NCBI GenBank assembly: GCA_964446885.1 | Contig: CAYUQV010000004.1 | Span: 36,381-100,380 of the forward strand | Length of the DNA: 64,000 nucleotides | Reading direction: 5' to 3' | Source: an uncultured Methylocucumis sp. | GTDB taxonomy: Bacteria; Pseudomonadota; Gammaproteobacteria; Methylococcales; Methylomonadaceae | Shown here: in pieces, positions 20,811-30,601 of the stretch | Numbering within the stretch: position 1 is the stretch's first letter | Layout: each line of letters begins with the position of its first letter | Translations under genes and position numbers: made by a program | Notes under the pieces: model-generated | Seen by the model: the letters and a program-made list of their open reading frames with translations, nothing else | Told to the model about the DNA's origin: nothing | Database searches by the model: none

Positions 20811-21938
20811 TTAAGCCAATAAATTGACTAAAATCTGTTCGTAAACCGCTGATAAGGTTTCCAAGTCATCCAAACCGATGTGTTCATTGATTTTGTGGAT
20901 GCTTTCGTTAAGCGGGCCTAATTCAATCACTTGCGCTCCGGTCGGGGCAATGAAGCGTCCGTCCGATGTGCCGCCGCCCGTATCGTCTTTAGGTTCATCC
21001 CCTGTCACCGTTTTGATGGCGGCGTGGGTGGCCGTGATTAAATCCCCGGTTGCGGTCAAGAACGGTTGGCCGGACAAACGCCAATCCAACTTGTACCTAA
21101 AACCAAACTGATTGAGTATCGCCTGGGTGCGCTCTTGGATTGTTTCGGCATCCAGTTCGGTACAAAAACGCAAATTAAATTGCACGTCTAAATTGCCTGG
21201 AATGATATTTTCCGCACCTGTGCCGCCATTGATATTGGAGACTTGTAAACGGGTAGGCGGGAAAAAGGCATTGCCGTTATCCCAAACTTCTTCGGTCAGG
21301 GCTTTTAAAGCCGGGGCGAAGGTGTGGATGGGGTTTTCCGCCAATTCAGGATAGGCAACATGGCCTTGGATGCCCAACACGGTCAAACGTGCGCAGAGCG
21401 AGCCGCGCCGCCCGACCCGGATGACATCGCCGATACGTTTGTCGCTGGAGGGTTCGCCCACCAAGCACCAGTCGATTTTTTCGCCACGATCTTCCAGCAC
21501 TTCAACGACTTTGACCACGCCATGTGTGGCAATGCCTTCTTCATCACTGGTCATCATCACCGCGATTGAACCCTTATGCTCAGGATACTTGGCGAGAAAG
21601 CGTTCCACTGCTGTCACAAATGCGGCAATGCCGCCTTTCATATCCGCCGCGCCGCGCCCGTAAAGCTTGCCGTCTTTAATGGTCGGCTCAAACGGCGGCG
21701 AATCCCACGCGTCCAATGATCCGGTCGGTACGACATCAGTGTGTCCCAAAAAAGTGAATAAGGGTTTGCTTTGGCCTTTTCTGAGCCAGATATTTTGGGT
21801 ATCGGCAAAATCCAAACGTTCGACGTCAAAGCCTAACGGCGATAGGCGTTCTGCCAACAAATCCTGGCAACCCGCATCTTGAGGCGTTACTGAGGGGCGG
21901 CTAATCAGGTCTTTTAATAAATCTAAGGTCTTGCTCAT
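20811..21938 (-). CDS. dapE: succinyl-diaminopimelate desuccinylase
   Basis: 'GHTDVVPTG', 'GRGAADMKG', 'SDEE', 'GEPS', 'GGTSDGRF', 'IHKINE'. Confidence 0.96.
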   Translation of the reverse strand: MSKTLDLLKDLISRPSVTPQDAGCQDLLAERLSPLGFDVERLDFADTQNIWLRKGQSKPLFTFLGHTDVVPTGSLDAWDSPPFEPTIKDGKLYGRGAADMKGGIAAFVTAVERFLAKYPEHKGSIAVMMTSDEEGIATHGVVKVVEVLEDRGEKIDWCLVGEPSSDKRIGDVIRVGRRGSLCARLTVLGIQGHVAYPELAENPIHTFAPALKALTEEVWDNGNAFFPPTRLQVSNINGGTGAENIIPGNLDVQFNLRFCTELDAETIQERTQAILNQFGFRYKLDWRLSGQPFLTATGDLITATHAAIKTVTGDEPKDDTGGGTSDGRFIAPTGAQVIELGPLNESIHKINEHIGLDDLETLSAVYEQILVNLLA

Positions 21939-22285
21939 AATGCCTTTTCATAACGTTCAGGGCTAAAACCCACTAATAATTGCGTACCCGTATCCAAAAC
22001 CGGGCGTTTCATCAGAGTAGGTTTGGCTAGGATTAAAGCCATCGCTTTGTCTTGATCCAAATCGGCTTGCTGTTCGGGCGGAATTGACCGCCAACTGGTG
22101 CTACTCCGGTTCAGCAAGGTTTGCCAATCGCTGCGTGCGACAAAATCAGCCAATTGTTCGGCAGTTAAGCCATCAGTGCGGACATCGTGAAAACGGTAGG
22201 GCTTATCGTGTTGTTCCAACCAAGTACGGGCTTTTTTGACAGTTTGGCAATTTTTGATGCCATATAAGGTAAATGGGGTGGTCAT
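21935..22285 (-). CDS. ArsC/Spx (YffB-like) family protein
   Basis: 'YGIKNCQTVKKA', 'LLNRSSTSW', 'PTLMKRP'; overlaps dapE start, matching the conserved yffB-dapE order. Confidence 0.9.
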   Translation of the reverse strand: MTTPFTLYGIKNCQTVKKARTWLEQHDKPYRFHDVRTDGLTAEQLADFVARSDWQTLLNRSSTSWRSIPPEQQADLDQDKAMALILAKPTLMKRPVLDTGTQLLVGFSPERYEKAL

Positions 22286-22365
22286 AAGCGGGGATAACGG
22301 GGTGTGGTCAATGGCGCGGATCGCTTAAAGGCCACGGGAACCGTAACCTTTAAATTGTGCGGTAT

Positions 22366-22608
22366 TTAGAGTTGGCTGTTTAACAATTCATCCAAAGTCG
22401 GCAATTCTGGGTCAGCTTTGCAACGCACTTTGTAAATGTCGATGAATTCCATAAAGGCTTGTTCCAAATCAGCCAAGATGTCCTCTTCATTTTCGCGGTC
22501 TTCAGAGGGCACGTCATCTGATTCCAGGTATTCACGTTGCAATGCCACTTCGCTGTTCAGGGCAAGCGTGGCATAGATGATGGCATTATTTGAGATAGAG
22601 TCGCTCAT
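22366..22608 (-). CDS. small acidic helical hypothetical protein (Tsi2-like pattern)
   Basis: 80 aa with a GGA RBS-like signal; very acidic two-helix pattern ending 'PELPTLDELL'. Confidence 0.65.
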   Translation of the reverse strand: MSDSISNNAIIYATLALNSEVALQREYLESDDVPSEDRENEEDILADLEQAFMEFIDIYKVRCKADPELPTLDELLNSQL

Positions 22609-22756
22609 GTCCGTTAGTTCCAGGTAGGTTGAGAAGTTTCAGTAACCTATTAGTGTAGCGTAACTGGGTATTTTTCGTATGGGTTTATTGGTAAAACTCA
22701 TGTTTCAACAGCATTTTTGAAGCCATCTTTAATATTTGCCATCCATTGTTTTTCAG

Positions 22757-23959
22757 CTATGCACTGATTTTGATTTTTGCGAACTTACGTTTTCCGACTT
22801 GATAAACATGCTCGGTGTTGCCAGCAATTTCTAATTTAGTGTCGGACACTTTTTCGCCGTCGATTTTCACCGCGCCTTGGTTAATCATGCGGATCGACTC
22901 GGATGTGCTGGCTGTCAAGCCTGCGTCTTTCAAAACACTGGCTATCGCGTAGCTGGTGCCAGTCAGGGTCAATTCGACCGTTTCAATGTCATCCGGTATC
23001 GCACCGCGTTGGAAGCGGGCTTCGAAATTTTCCAAGGCTTTGACGGCGGCGGCCTCATCGTGGAAACGGGCGATGATTTCTTGCGCCAACTTGACCTTAT
23101 AATTGCGCGGGTTGGATCCGTCTTTGCATTCTTGCGCCCATTGGTTGATTTCTGCCATAGGCCGGAAACTGAGCAACTCAAAATAACGCCACATCAGTTC
23201 ATCAGAAATCGACATGAGCTTGCCGAACATATCGTCTGCCGTATCGGCAATGCCGACATAATTGTTTAAGGATTTGGACATTTTCTGTACGCCGTCCAAG
23301 CCTTCCAGAATTGGCATGGTCAGGATGATTTGCGGTTTTTGCCCGTAAATTTCCTGCAAATGCCGACCCATCAACAAATTGAACTTTTGGTCAGTCCCGC
23401 CCAATTCGACATCGGCTTTCATTGCCACCGAATCATAGCCTTGAATCAACGGGTACAAAAACTCATGGATGGCAATCGGCTGGCCACCCTTAAAGCGTTT
23501 GCTGAAATCATCCCGCTCCAACATCCGTGCTACGGTGTGCTTGGCGGCGAGTTGGATCAATTCGGCAGGTGACATGGCGTTCATCCACGTTGAATTGAAC
23601 ATCACCTGCGTTTTGTCAGGGTCGAGGATTTTGAAAATCTGTTCCTGATAAGTTTGGGCATTTGCCAACACGGCTTCGCGGGTCAACGGCTTACGGGTGA
23701 CATTTTTCCCGGTCGGGTCGCCGATCATGCCCGTGAAATCACCGATCAAAAACAGCACTTCATGACCTAAGTCCTGAAATTGCTTAAGTTTATTGATTAA
23801 TACCGTATGCCCTAAATGCAAATCCGGCGCGGTCGGGTCAAAGCCCGCCTTAATCCGTAACGGTCTGCCTTCTTCCAGTTTTTTGACCAGTTCCGCTTCC
23901 ACCAGAACCTCGTCCGCGCCTCTTAAAATTGTCGCCAATACATCCGCTTGCAAAACCAT
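22757..23959 (-). CDS. tyrS: tyrosyl-tRNA synthetase
   Basis: '[13 protein letters not shown]', 'GGTDQKFN', 'KMSKS', C-terminal S4 domain. Confidence 0.98.
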   Translation of the reverse strand: MVLQADVLATILRGADEVLVEAELVKKLEEGRPLRIKAGFDPTAPDLHLGHTVLINKLKQFQDLGHEVLFLIGDFTGMIGDPTGKNVTRKPLTREAVLANAQTYQEQIFKILDPDKTQVMFNSTWMNAMSPAELIQLAAKHTVARMLERDDFSKRFKGGQPIAIHEFLYPLIQGYDSVAMKADVELGGTDQKFNLLMGRHLQEIYGQKPQIILTMPILEGLDGVQKMSKSLNNYVGIADTADDMFGKLMSISDELMWRYFELLSFRPMAEINQWAQECKDGSNPRNYKVKLAQEIIARFHDEAAAVKALENFEARFQRGAIPDDIETVELTLTGTSYAIASVLKDAGLTASTSESIRMINQGAVKIDGEKVSDTKLEIAGNTEHVYQVGKRKFAKIKISA

Positions 23960-24013
23960 TCTCCAAACTTATCTAAAAAAATAGCCACATTATAAAGTTA
24001 TAAGAGGCTATAT

Positions 24014-24163
24014 AAAGCATTTGTCCACGAAAGACACGAAAGGCACGAAAAAATAGCGGATAGGCAAGGACTGCGTGTCCTTGAAGGACAGGCAGTCCTT
24101 ATACCCTCCACATCGTCAAGCTATTTTTTCGTGTTTTTTCGTGGCTTTCGTGGACAAATGCTT
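24014..24163. repeat. 150-bp fold-back element with CACGAA-repeat arms
   Basis: ~44-bp imperfect inverted arms (AAAGCATTTGTCCACGAAAGACACGAAAGGCACGAAAAAATAGC) enclosing a second hairpin AAGGACTGC-GTGTCCT-TGA-AGGACA-GGCAGTCCTT. Confidence 0.8.
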
Positions 24164-25789
24164 TTACAGAAACTTATCCACCAATCCCGTCACCCGTGCC
24201 ACTTTCTGGGCGATGGCTTGGGCCAACACGTCCGGGCTGGCCAGCAATTGCACGCGCTGTTTGGCCCGTGTGATTGCCGTGTATAACAATTCCTTCGTCA
24301 ATACCGGGTTCACAGCTTCCGGCAAGACAATCAGCACCTCGTCAAACTCCGAGCCTTGGCTTTTGTGGATGGTCATGGCAAACACGGTTTCACAATGTGG
24401 GACGCGGGCGGGCAGGTATTTTTTGACGCTGCCGTCGGGACGTTGGAAAAACACCATCAACTTGCCTTGCTGCTCCTTATCCGGCAAACATAGGCCAATA
24501 TCGCCATTGTAAAGATGCAAGGCCGCGTTGTTTTGCGTCACCATGACCGGGCGGCCCACATACCACAAGCCAGACAGCTGGATGAGCCGTTGCGCCAGTA
24601 GTTTTTGTTCCACGCCGTGGTTCAGGTCGGCAACGCTGTGTTTACCTTTGCGGTTGGCGCACAGCACTTGGAAACGGCTGAATTCGGCAAAAATCTCGGT
24701 AAATTCAGCACCTTGTTGCAATCGCCGCAAATAATGGCTGTGTTGCCGCGCAGCATAATCGACCACATCGTCCGCCAACAGCCCACAGATGCCATCGTCT
24801 TGCTGCAATACGTGCCACACGGCTTCGGTGTGTTGCTGGTTGACCGCATCCGCCAAAGCTTTAATCGCGCCGCCAAAACGGTGTGTGGTTTTCAGTTCCA
24901 AAGCCTGTTCTGGCAAGGCCGTTACCAAATCCGCCAATACCGCGCCCGATTCCACCGAAGCCAACTGGTCTTTATCGCCCAACAAAATCAGCCGGGCGTT
25001 AGGCTTTAAGGCATCGACCAATTTGCTCATCAACGCCAAATCGACCATCGACGCTTCGTCCACCACCACCAAATCATAAATCAGCGGTTGTCCGGCATGG
25101 TGGCGGAAATACGGCGAAGGTGGCCTTGCGCCCAGCAAGCGGTGCAACGTGGTCACGGTTTCAGGTATGTGTTTTTTTATCGCATCGGTGCAGGGCAAAT
25201 CGGCTTTGCGCTGGCCAATGGATTCTTGCAGGCGCATCGCTGCTTTGCCTGTCGGTGCGGCCAACGCGATCAACAAAGGTTGGTCGGCCAATTCCTGCAA
25301 CACGGCGAGAATTTTTACCACCGTGGTGGTTTTGCCCGTCCCAGGCCCGCCCGTGATGATGCTAAAGGGCTGTTTAACGGCGACTTTTGCCGCTTCACGC
25401 TGCCAATCTATTTTATCGGGAGGATCAGGGAAATAGGTGTCCAGTAAAACCTCCAAATCCCCGATGTTGTCCGGTTTGGAGCTAGCCACCATCGCCTGGA
25501 TTTGCATCGCCAAGCGTTGTTCATAGTGCCAATAACGTTGCAAATACAAACGGTTTTGCTCCACCACCAACGGCAAATGGCCTACCGCATCGGCTAGCCC
25601 GGACGCCAAAACTAACCGGGCTTCATCCGCGTCAATCCCAATACAGTTATGGCCTTGGTTTTGTTCATACGACAAACGCACTAATAATTGCTCAAAGCGT
25701 TGCCGTTCGGTATTTTCCAATTGGCTGCGTTTGCTGAGGAAGCGGGCAAACGCCAAATCCAAACGGTTATAACGGACATCATCCTGCAT
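24164..25789 (-). CDS. recD: exodeoxyribonuclease V alpha subunit
   Basis: 'ITGGPGTGKTT', 'APTGKAA', 'VVDEASM', 'GDKDQL', 'TIHKSQGSEF'. Start ATG 25789 overlaps the recB 3' end. Confidence 0.95.
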   Translation of the reverse strand: MQDDVRYNRLDLAFARFLSKRSQLENTERQRFEQLLVRLSYEQNQGHNCIGIDADEARLVLASGLADAVGHLPLVVEQNRLYLQRYWHYEQRLAMQIQAMVASSKPDNIGDLEVLLDTYFPDPPDKIDWQREAAKVAVKQPFSIITGGPGTGKTTTVVKILAVLQELADQPLLIALAAPTGKAAMRLQESIGQRKADLPCTDAIKKHIPETVTTLHRLLGARPPSPYFRHHAGQPLIYDLVVVDEASMVDLALMSKLVDALKPNARLILLGDKDQLASVESGAVLADLVTALPEQALELKTTHRFGGAIKALADAVNQQHTEAVWHVLQQDDGICGLLADDVVDYAARQHSHYLRRLQQGAEFTEIFAEFSRFQVLCANRKGKHSVADLNHGVEQKLLAQRLIQLSGLWYVGRPVMVTQNNAALHLYNGDIGLCLPDKEQQGKLMVFFQRPDGSVKKYLPARVPHCETVFAMTIHKSQGSEFDEVLIVLPEAVNPVLTKELLYTAITRAKQRVQLLASPDVLAQAIAQKVARVTGLVDKFL

Positions 25790-28700
25790 AAGCACCTCCA
25801 AACAAACCCGCCAAGGCTTCAACCCTAGCCAAATCCGGCCTATCCTCATAAACCCCGCTCATCGCCATATCTGCCTGCATCCCGCGCACGAACAAATAGC
25901 GTACTCCACCAAAATGGCGGTCAAATTCATAATCCGGTAGCCGCGCTTGTAAATAACGGTGTAGAACTAAGGTGTACAGCCAATACTGCAAACCGTAATT
26001 GTGTTCGCGCATGGCTTCGGTCAATGTTTCGGGGGCGTAATCGGGCAGGGCGTTGGTTTTGTAGTCCATCACATAAAAGCGGCCTTGGTAGGCGCAAATC
26101 AAATCAATAAATCCGGTCAAAAAACCGCACATTTGCTTGCTGCTTAAGGCTTGGTAGGCAGGTGTGCCTTCCAAGATACGGTTGATGTGGCTGGCATCCA
26201 TGTCCTGCATCGCCAAATAAAACGGCATTTCTTTTAAGGTGTGCCCATCCGGTATGTTTTTGAGGCAAAACGCCGGGTCATCGGCGGATAACGGCGTGCT
26301 GACTACGGCTTGCAACAACGTTTCCAATAGATCCGGGGCGGGCAGGACTAAGCCATAACGCAGACAGGCTTTGTCGCGTTGTTCGCTGATGTCCACGCGC
26401 TGAGCCAAATCGGCGAAGCGATTGTTTTCGAGTAAATCATGGACGACATTGCCCGTATGCGCCCCGCGAGGCAATTCGCTGGCGGATTTTTCGGCGGGTT
26501 CGCTGGCGGGTTCACGGGCTTTGTCTTGCGGCAATTCCGGCGTGTCGGTGTGGCTGAGGGCGGATAAGGCGGTGTAGCTGCTCATTTGCCAGCGCGTATA
26601 TAACGAGCGTTGCAAACGGCGGGCTTGTAGGGTGCTGCCCCTATTCGCGTTGGGGCGCATGGGCGTAGGGCCATCCGCCGTGTCCAGTTCTAATAACCGA
26701 TAGGCAAACACTTCAGGGTTGGCAGTTGCCAAGCCGCGTAACACGGCTTGTTGTCCGGCGAAACTGTCGGCGGCAAAGTCCAATAACCACGCCATTGCTG
26801 ACTCGTTGGGTTCGGCTTCGCTACGCACATTCGCCCAGGCCAGATAACAACGGTATTTGGCGCGGGTCACGGCGACATAAAACACCCGTAAATCTTCGGC
26901 GAGTTCTTCATATAAGGCTTGTTCGCGGTGCTGTTCGAAAATTTCCGAACCTAAATCCACGCGCAAACGCCCGTCAAGATGGCAGGTGAGCAGCTGTTTT
27001 TCGCTATATAACCTGTCGCTACGTTGCCATAGGTAGGGGCAAAAGACCACGGGATATTCCAAGCCTTTTGAGCGGTGCATAGTGACGATTTTCACCGCGT
27101 CTTCATCGCTTTCTAAGCGGAGTTGTTCGTTTTCGTCACTGCCAGCGGCGGCGATGGCGGCGCGTAGCCAGTCTAACGTCTTGCTGATGCCTAAATGTTC
27201 GTCGAGCACGGCTTGCTGCAACAATTCCAACAAATGGTGCAAGTTGGTGAGCTGCCGTTCGGCCATCAGGGTTTGCGCGATATGCAACCGGATTTGTTCG
27301 CGCTCTAACAGGTTCATTAGCATTGCCATCAAACCTGCTGTTTGCCAATCTTGGTAATACCCGGCAAAACGCGCCAGCCATTGATCCAGTTCGGCTTCAT
27401 TGTCGCTCAAATGATATAAAGCTTGTCCATCCAAACCGAGCCAACTTAAGGTCAGGGCTTGTTTGAGCAAAGCCGTGTCGCCCGGATTGGCGACTGCTTC
27501 CAGCAAGCTATATAAATCAGCGGCTTCTTGGCTGGCAAAGACCGATTCCGTGCTGTTGATGACCGAAGGCACACCAACACTGCGCAAGAGGGTTTGGTAA
27601 TCGCGGGCTTGGTGGTTAGTCCTCACCAAAATGGCGATGTCACGGGCTTGTAGAGGGGTATTTTCAGGCTGGAAACGGTAATTTTCGCAGAGCAGTTCCA
27701 GCACTTCTTGGATCACGGCAACTTGGATGGCTTGTGCCGCTTTCCCGGCTGTCCAATGCCCGGTTTTACTGTCATTTTCCGGCAGTTGCCAAAGCACCAT
27801 CGGCGCGGTAGGGGCGTTAGCAAAATACAGCGCGGTGCTATCGGCGGCTTTGCCCGCACCGACCGGGCGGAACTCTAAATCTGCCAATAAAAAAGCCTGT
27901 TCGCGTTTGAACAAGGTGTTTACGGCGGTCACTAAATGCGGCTGCGAGCGCCAGTTATAGCCTAGGGTGTAACGGTGTTCGGCCTGTTGTTGAGCGGCAA
28001 GGTAAGAATAAATGTCCGCGCCCCGGAATTTGTAAATGGCCTGTTTCGGGTCGCCAATCAAATATAAAAACGGCTTGTGTTCTGGATCATCCGGCGTGAC
28101 TGTGGCAAAAATCGACGAGAAAATCAGCCATTGGTTGTCATCGGTGTCTTGGAATTCATCAATCAAAGCCGCCTGATAGTGTTGCCGCAACGCTTCAATC
28201 AACCACGCGCCTTGTTCCGTTTGCAGCACGTCCGCCAAGCGGCTGATTAAATCGTCAAATGACAACACGTTCATTTGCAGCAAGCGTTTGTCCAGTTCCA
28301 CGCGCAAGGTTTCCAGCAACAAACGCCGGAATAAAATCGGGATTTGCGCGTAAGCTGCCGCCAAATCATCAAACACTTGGGTAGTGATGGCGAAGTTTGC
28401 CAAATAGGCTTGTTTGCGGGCCAAACCGGATTGGGTTTTGGTTTTAGGGAATTTCTGGCCGTTCAGGCCGTCCAGCAAACCGTTTTGGGTCAACAAGGCA
28501 AACGCCTCGCTACTGGGCATATCAAAACTCTGGCCTTGCAGCCAAGCTGCAAGCTTTTGCAGGCGTTCTGCAAAGGCGTTTTGGTAACTGTCTTTAAATT
28601 TGCCCTCGCTAAACAGATTCCGCACTTGGTTGGCGGTCACATCCAACAACGCCCACGCGGCTTGCGCTTCTGCTTTGAACCCAGCCAATGCCGCAGTAAG

Positions 28701-29330
28701 GTCGCCATTATCAGGGTAAATTTGGATAGGCGTGTTGGCGGACAACCCCGCGCTGGGAAACGCCGCCAGACTGCCTAATAATGCGTCCGGGGTTTTGAAA
28801 TGTGCCGTCAGTACCGCCACTTCCCATAACGGACGCGCCATGTGGATGCGCCAAAAATCATCGGCACAGGCTTGTTTGATGTTCGCCAAGTCGCCTGTCA
28901 ATTCCGCATCAAACAATTGCCCGCTTTCCAATGCGTAATCATGCAGCACGGATTGGCAAAAACCGTGGATAGTAAAAATCCCGGCTTGGTCAATGTCCAA
29001 CAAGGCCAAGGTCAGGCGTTGCCTAATCTCTTCAGGTGGCAAATCCAGTCCCGCCAGCCACTTGATGATGGCCGGGTCAACACCCGTATCGCCTGCAACG
29101 GCGCGTCTGGCTTCGGCCAAACGGCTACGGATGCGGTCTTTGAGTTCTTCGGTGGCGGCGCGGGTGAAGGTGACGACCAGTAAGGCTTTGATGTCAAAAC
29201 CATTTTCCACGACAAAGCGCAACACCAGCATGGCAATGGCGTAAGTCTTGCCCGTCCCGGCACTGGCTTCGATTAGGTTTACTCCCGGTTGAAGTTGTGT
29301 CGTGCCTGCATCAAAATGAAGTTTGTCCAT
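25779..29330 (-). CDS. recB: exodeoxyribonuclease V beta subunit
   Basis: 'EASAGTGKT', 'DEFQDT', 'GDPKQAIYKFRGA', 'SKGLEY', C-terminal nuclease 'GFIDL...DYKTN'. Confidence 0.96.
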   Translation of the reverse strand: MDKLHFDAGTTQLQPGVNLIEASAGTGKTYAIAMLVLRFVVENGFDIKALLVVTFTRAATEELKDRIRSRLAEARRAVAGDTGVDPAIIKWLAGLDLPPEEIRQRLTLALLDIDQAGIFTIHGFCQSVLHDYALESGQLFDAELTGDLANIKQACADDFWRIHMARPLWEVAVLTAHFKTPDALLGSLAAFPSAGLSANTPIQIYPDNGDLTAALAGFKAEAQAAWALLDVTANQVRNLFSEGKFKDSYQNAFAERLQKLAAWLQGQSFDMPSSEAFALLTQNGLLDGLNGQKFPKTKTQSGLARKQAYLANFAITTQVFDDLAAAYAQIPILFRRLLLETLRVELDKRLLQMNVLSFDDLISRLADVLQTEQGAWLIEALRQHYQAALIDEFQDTDDNQWLIFSSIFATVTPDDPEHKPFLYLIGDPKQAIYKFRGADIYSYLAAQQQAEHRYTLGYNWRSQPHLVTAVNTLFKREQAFLLADLEFRPVGAGKAADSTALYFANAPTAPMVLWQLPENDSKTGHWTAGKAAQAIQVAVIQEVLELLCENYRFQPENTPLQARDIAILVRTNHQARDYQTLLRSVGVPSVINSTESVFASQEAADLYSLLEAVANPGDTALLKQALTLSWLGLDGQALYHLSDNEAELDQWLARFAGYYQDWQTAGLMAMLMNLLEREQIRLHIAQTLMAERQLTNLHHLLELLQQAVLDEHLGISKTLDWLRAAIAAAGSDENEQLRLESDEDAVKIVTMHRSKGLEYPVVFCPYLWQRSDRLYSEKQLLTCHLDGRLRVDLGSEIFEQHREQALYEELAEDLRVFYVAVTRAKYRCYLAWANVRSEAEPNESAMAWLLDFAADSFAGQQAVLRGLATANPEVFAYRLLELDTADGPTPMRPNANRGSTLQARRLQRSLYTRWQMSSYTALSALSHTDTPELPQDKAREPASEPAEKSASELPRGAHTGNVVHDLLENNRFADLAQRVDISEQRDKACLRYGLVLPAPDLLETLLQAVVSTPLSADDPAFCLKNIPDGHTLKEMPFYLAMQDMDASHINRILEGTPAYQALSSKQMCGFLTGFIDLICAYQGRFYVMDYKTNALPDYAPETLTEAMREHNYGLQYWLYTLVLHRYLQARLPDYEFDRHFGGVRYLFVRGMQADMAMSGVYEDRPDLARVEALAGLFGGAYAG

Positions 29331-29402
29331 AGGTTTTCAAATCGTGGTTGCGGAGGGATTACGGGGCAGGATGATACATGTTCGTGGTAAAAGGTTATAT
29401 TA

Positions 29403-29726
29403 ACTGACGTTACCCATAAGTTTCTGCGATTTGAAAATAAATAATGCCGAGTCGCTATCGCGACGGATGTTTTAATCGGGTTCTCGCACCCGAAGGCGAA
29501 ATACTTTCTTTTGCGCCGCCAAAAGAAAGTATTCAAAGAAAAGGCGGCCCGGTCGCCGCTTAATGTCTTGCGCTCCTCACATTTGTCGGGGGGAGGCAGA
29601 ATGGGCTTCCTGCCCATCTGCCTCCGTGCGGCATCCTTGCCGCACCCCTTCGGGCTATTCCCGACAAATGCTGCGGTGCTCGACGCGGCAAACGGGATAA
29701 AAACCGCGTTACTGCGTAACGTCAGT
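29403..29726. mobile_element. 324-bp MITE-like element, highly structured
   Basis: Terminal IR ACTGACGTTAC/GTAACGTCAGT flanked on both sides by TATATTA; several perfect internal hairpins. Confidence 0.8.
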
Positions 29727-29877
29727 TATATTAATATCAAATGGCCTGCCTTAGAAAAGCCATCCATTAAACAATTGGCCCCAACCAAACCGAAAAAACC
29801 TAATCTATCGCGGCTACGGTTTTCAAATTAGGATGGGGCATATCAACAAACTGGCAACGCCTTGTTGCGGAGATGAC

Positions 29878-30522
29878 ATGAAACAAATTAATTTTAAAAG
29901 AGTTTGCCAAACTGCATTGATGATGGCTTTGGTGGTTTACGCCAGCCAAGGCCTTGCGGCCAATACTTGGAGCTATCTCCAAGACACGGATCGCCTGACC
30001 AATCTTAGCTACAGCTACGCCCTGTCACCGTTGCCACGGCGTGACCTGTATGATGATTTGAAGTTGGAAGTTGTGTGCCGAAACAAAAAGTTGCAAGTGA
30101 ACGTCGATACCGAAAATCTGATTTCGTCACAAAGTACAAAATTTGAGGTGGCTTATCAAATTGACCAAAATCCGCCTGTTTCCCTGCAAATGAAAACCTT
30201 CCCGGATTCCAAGCGTAAAGGTTATGCCGATGAGCAGGCTTCGGACATTATTGATGATTTATTGGCGGGTAAAGAGATGGTGTTCCTTAGGATCACCACC
30301 ATCACCAAAAAAGTCTTGTCCGGGGCGATTTCTTTAAAAGATGCGGAGCAACCGATCCGCCAAGTGTTGGCTGATTGTGCAGGCGTCGGCGGTGCTAAAA
30401 CTGACGAAGCGGCAGATACTTATGATTTGGCTAGTTTTGAGCAGGATTTCAAAAAACTGTCCGCCGACCAACAAAAACACCTGCTAAAACACATACAAAC
30501 GTGGCTGGCGGAGCAGAAATAG
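29878..30522 (+). CDS. secreted hypothetical protein
   Basis: GGAG RBS before ATG 29878; signal peptide ending 'SQGLA'. Confidence 0.75.
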   Translation: MKQINFKRVCQTALMMALVVYASQGLAANTWSYLQDTDRLTNLSYSYALSPLPRRDLYDDLKLEVVCRNKKLQVNVDTENLISSQSTKFEVAYQIDQNPPVSLQMKTFPDSKRKGYADEQASDIIDDLLAGKEMVFLRITTITKKVLSGAISLKDAEQPIRQVLADCAGVGGAKTDEAADTYDLASFEQDFKKLSADQQKHLLKHIQTWLAEQK

Positions 30523-30601
30523 CCTATTGCCATATTTTGCCCTCTCCAACCTTTCCCCAAGGGCATAAAGGAGAGGGTTGGGGGGATCTTCGAACGCTAT
30601 A

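Noticed and set aside
29279-29831. ORFs 29279..29617 (-) and 29511..29831 (+)
   Set aside because: They run through the MITE, lack RBS and recognisable motifs, and are artefacts of the structured repeat
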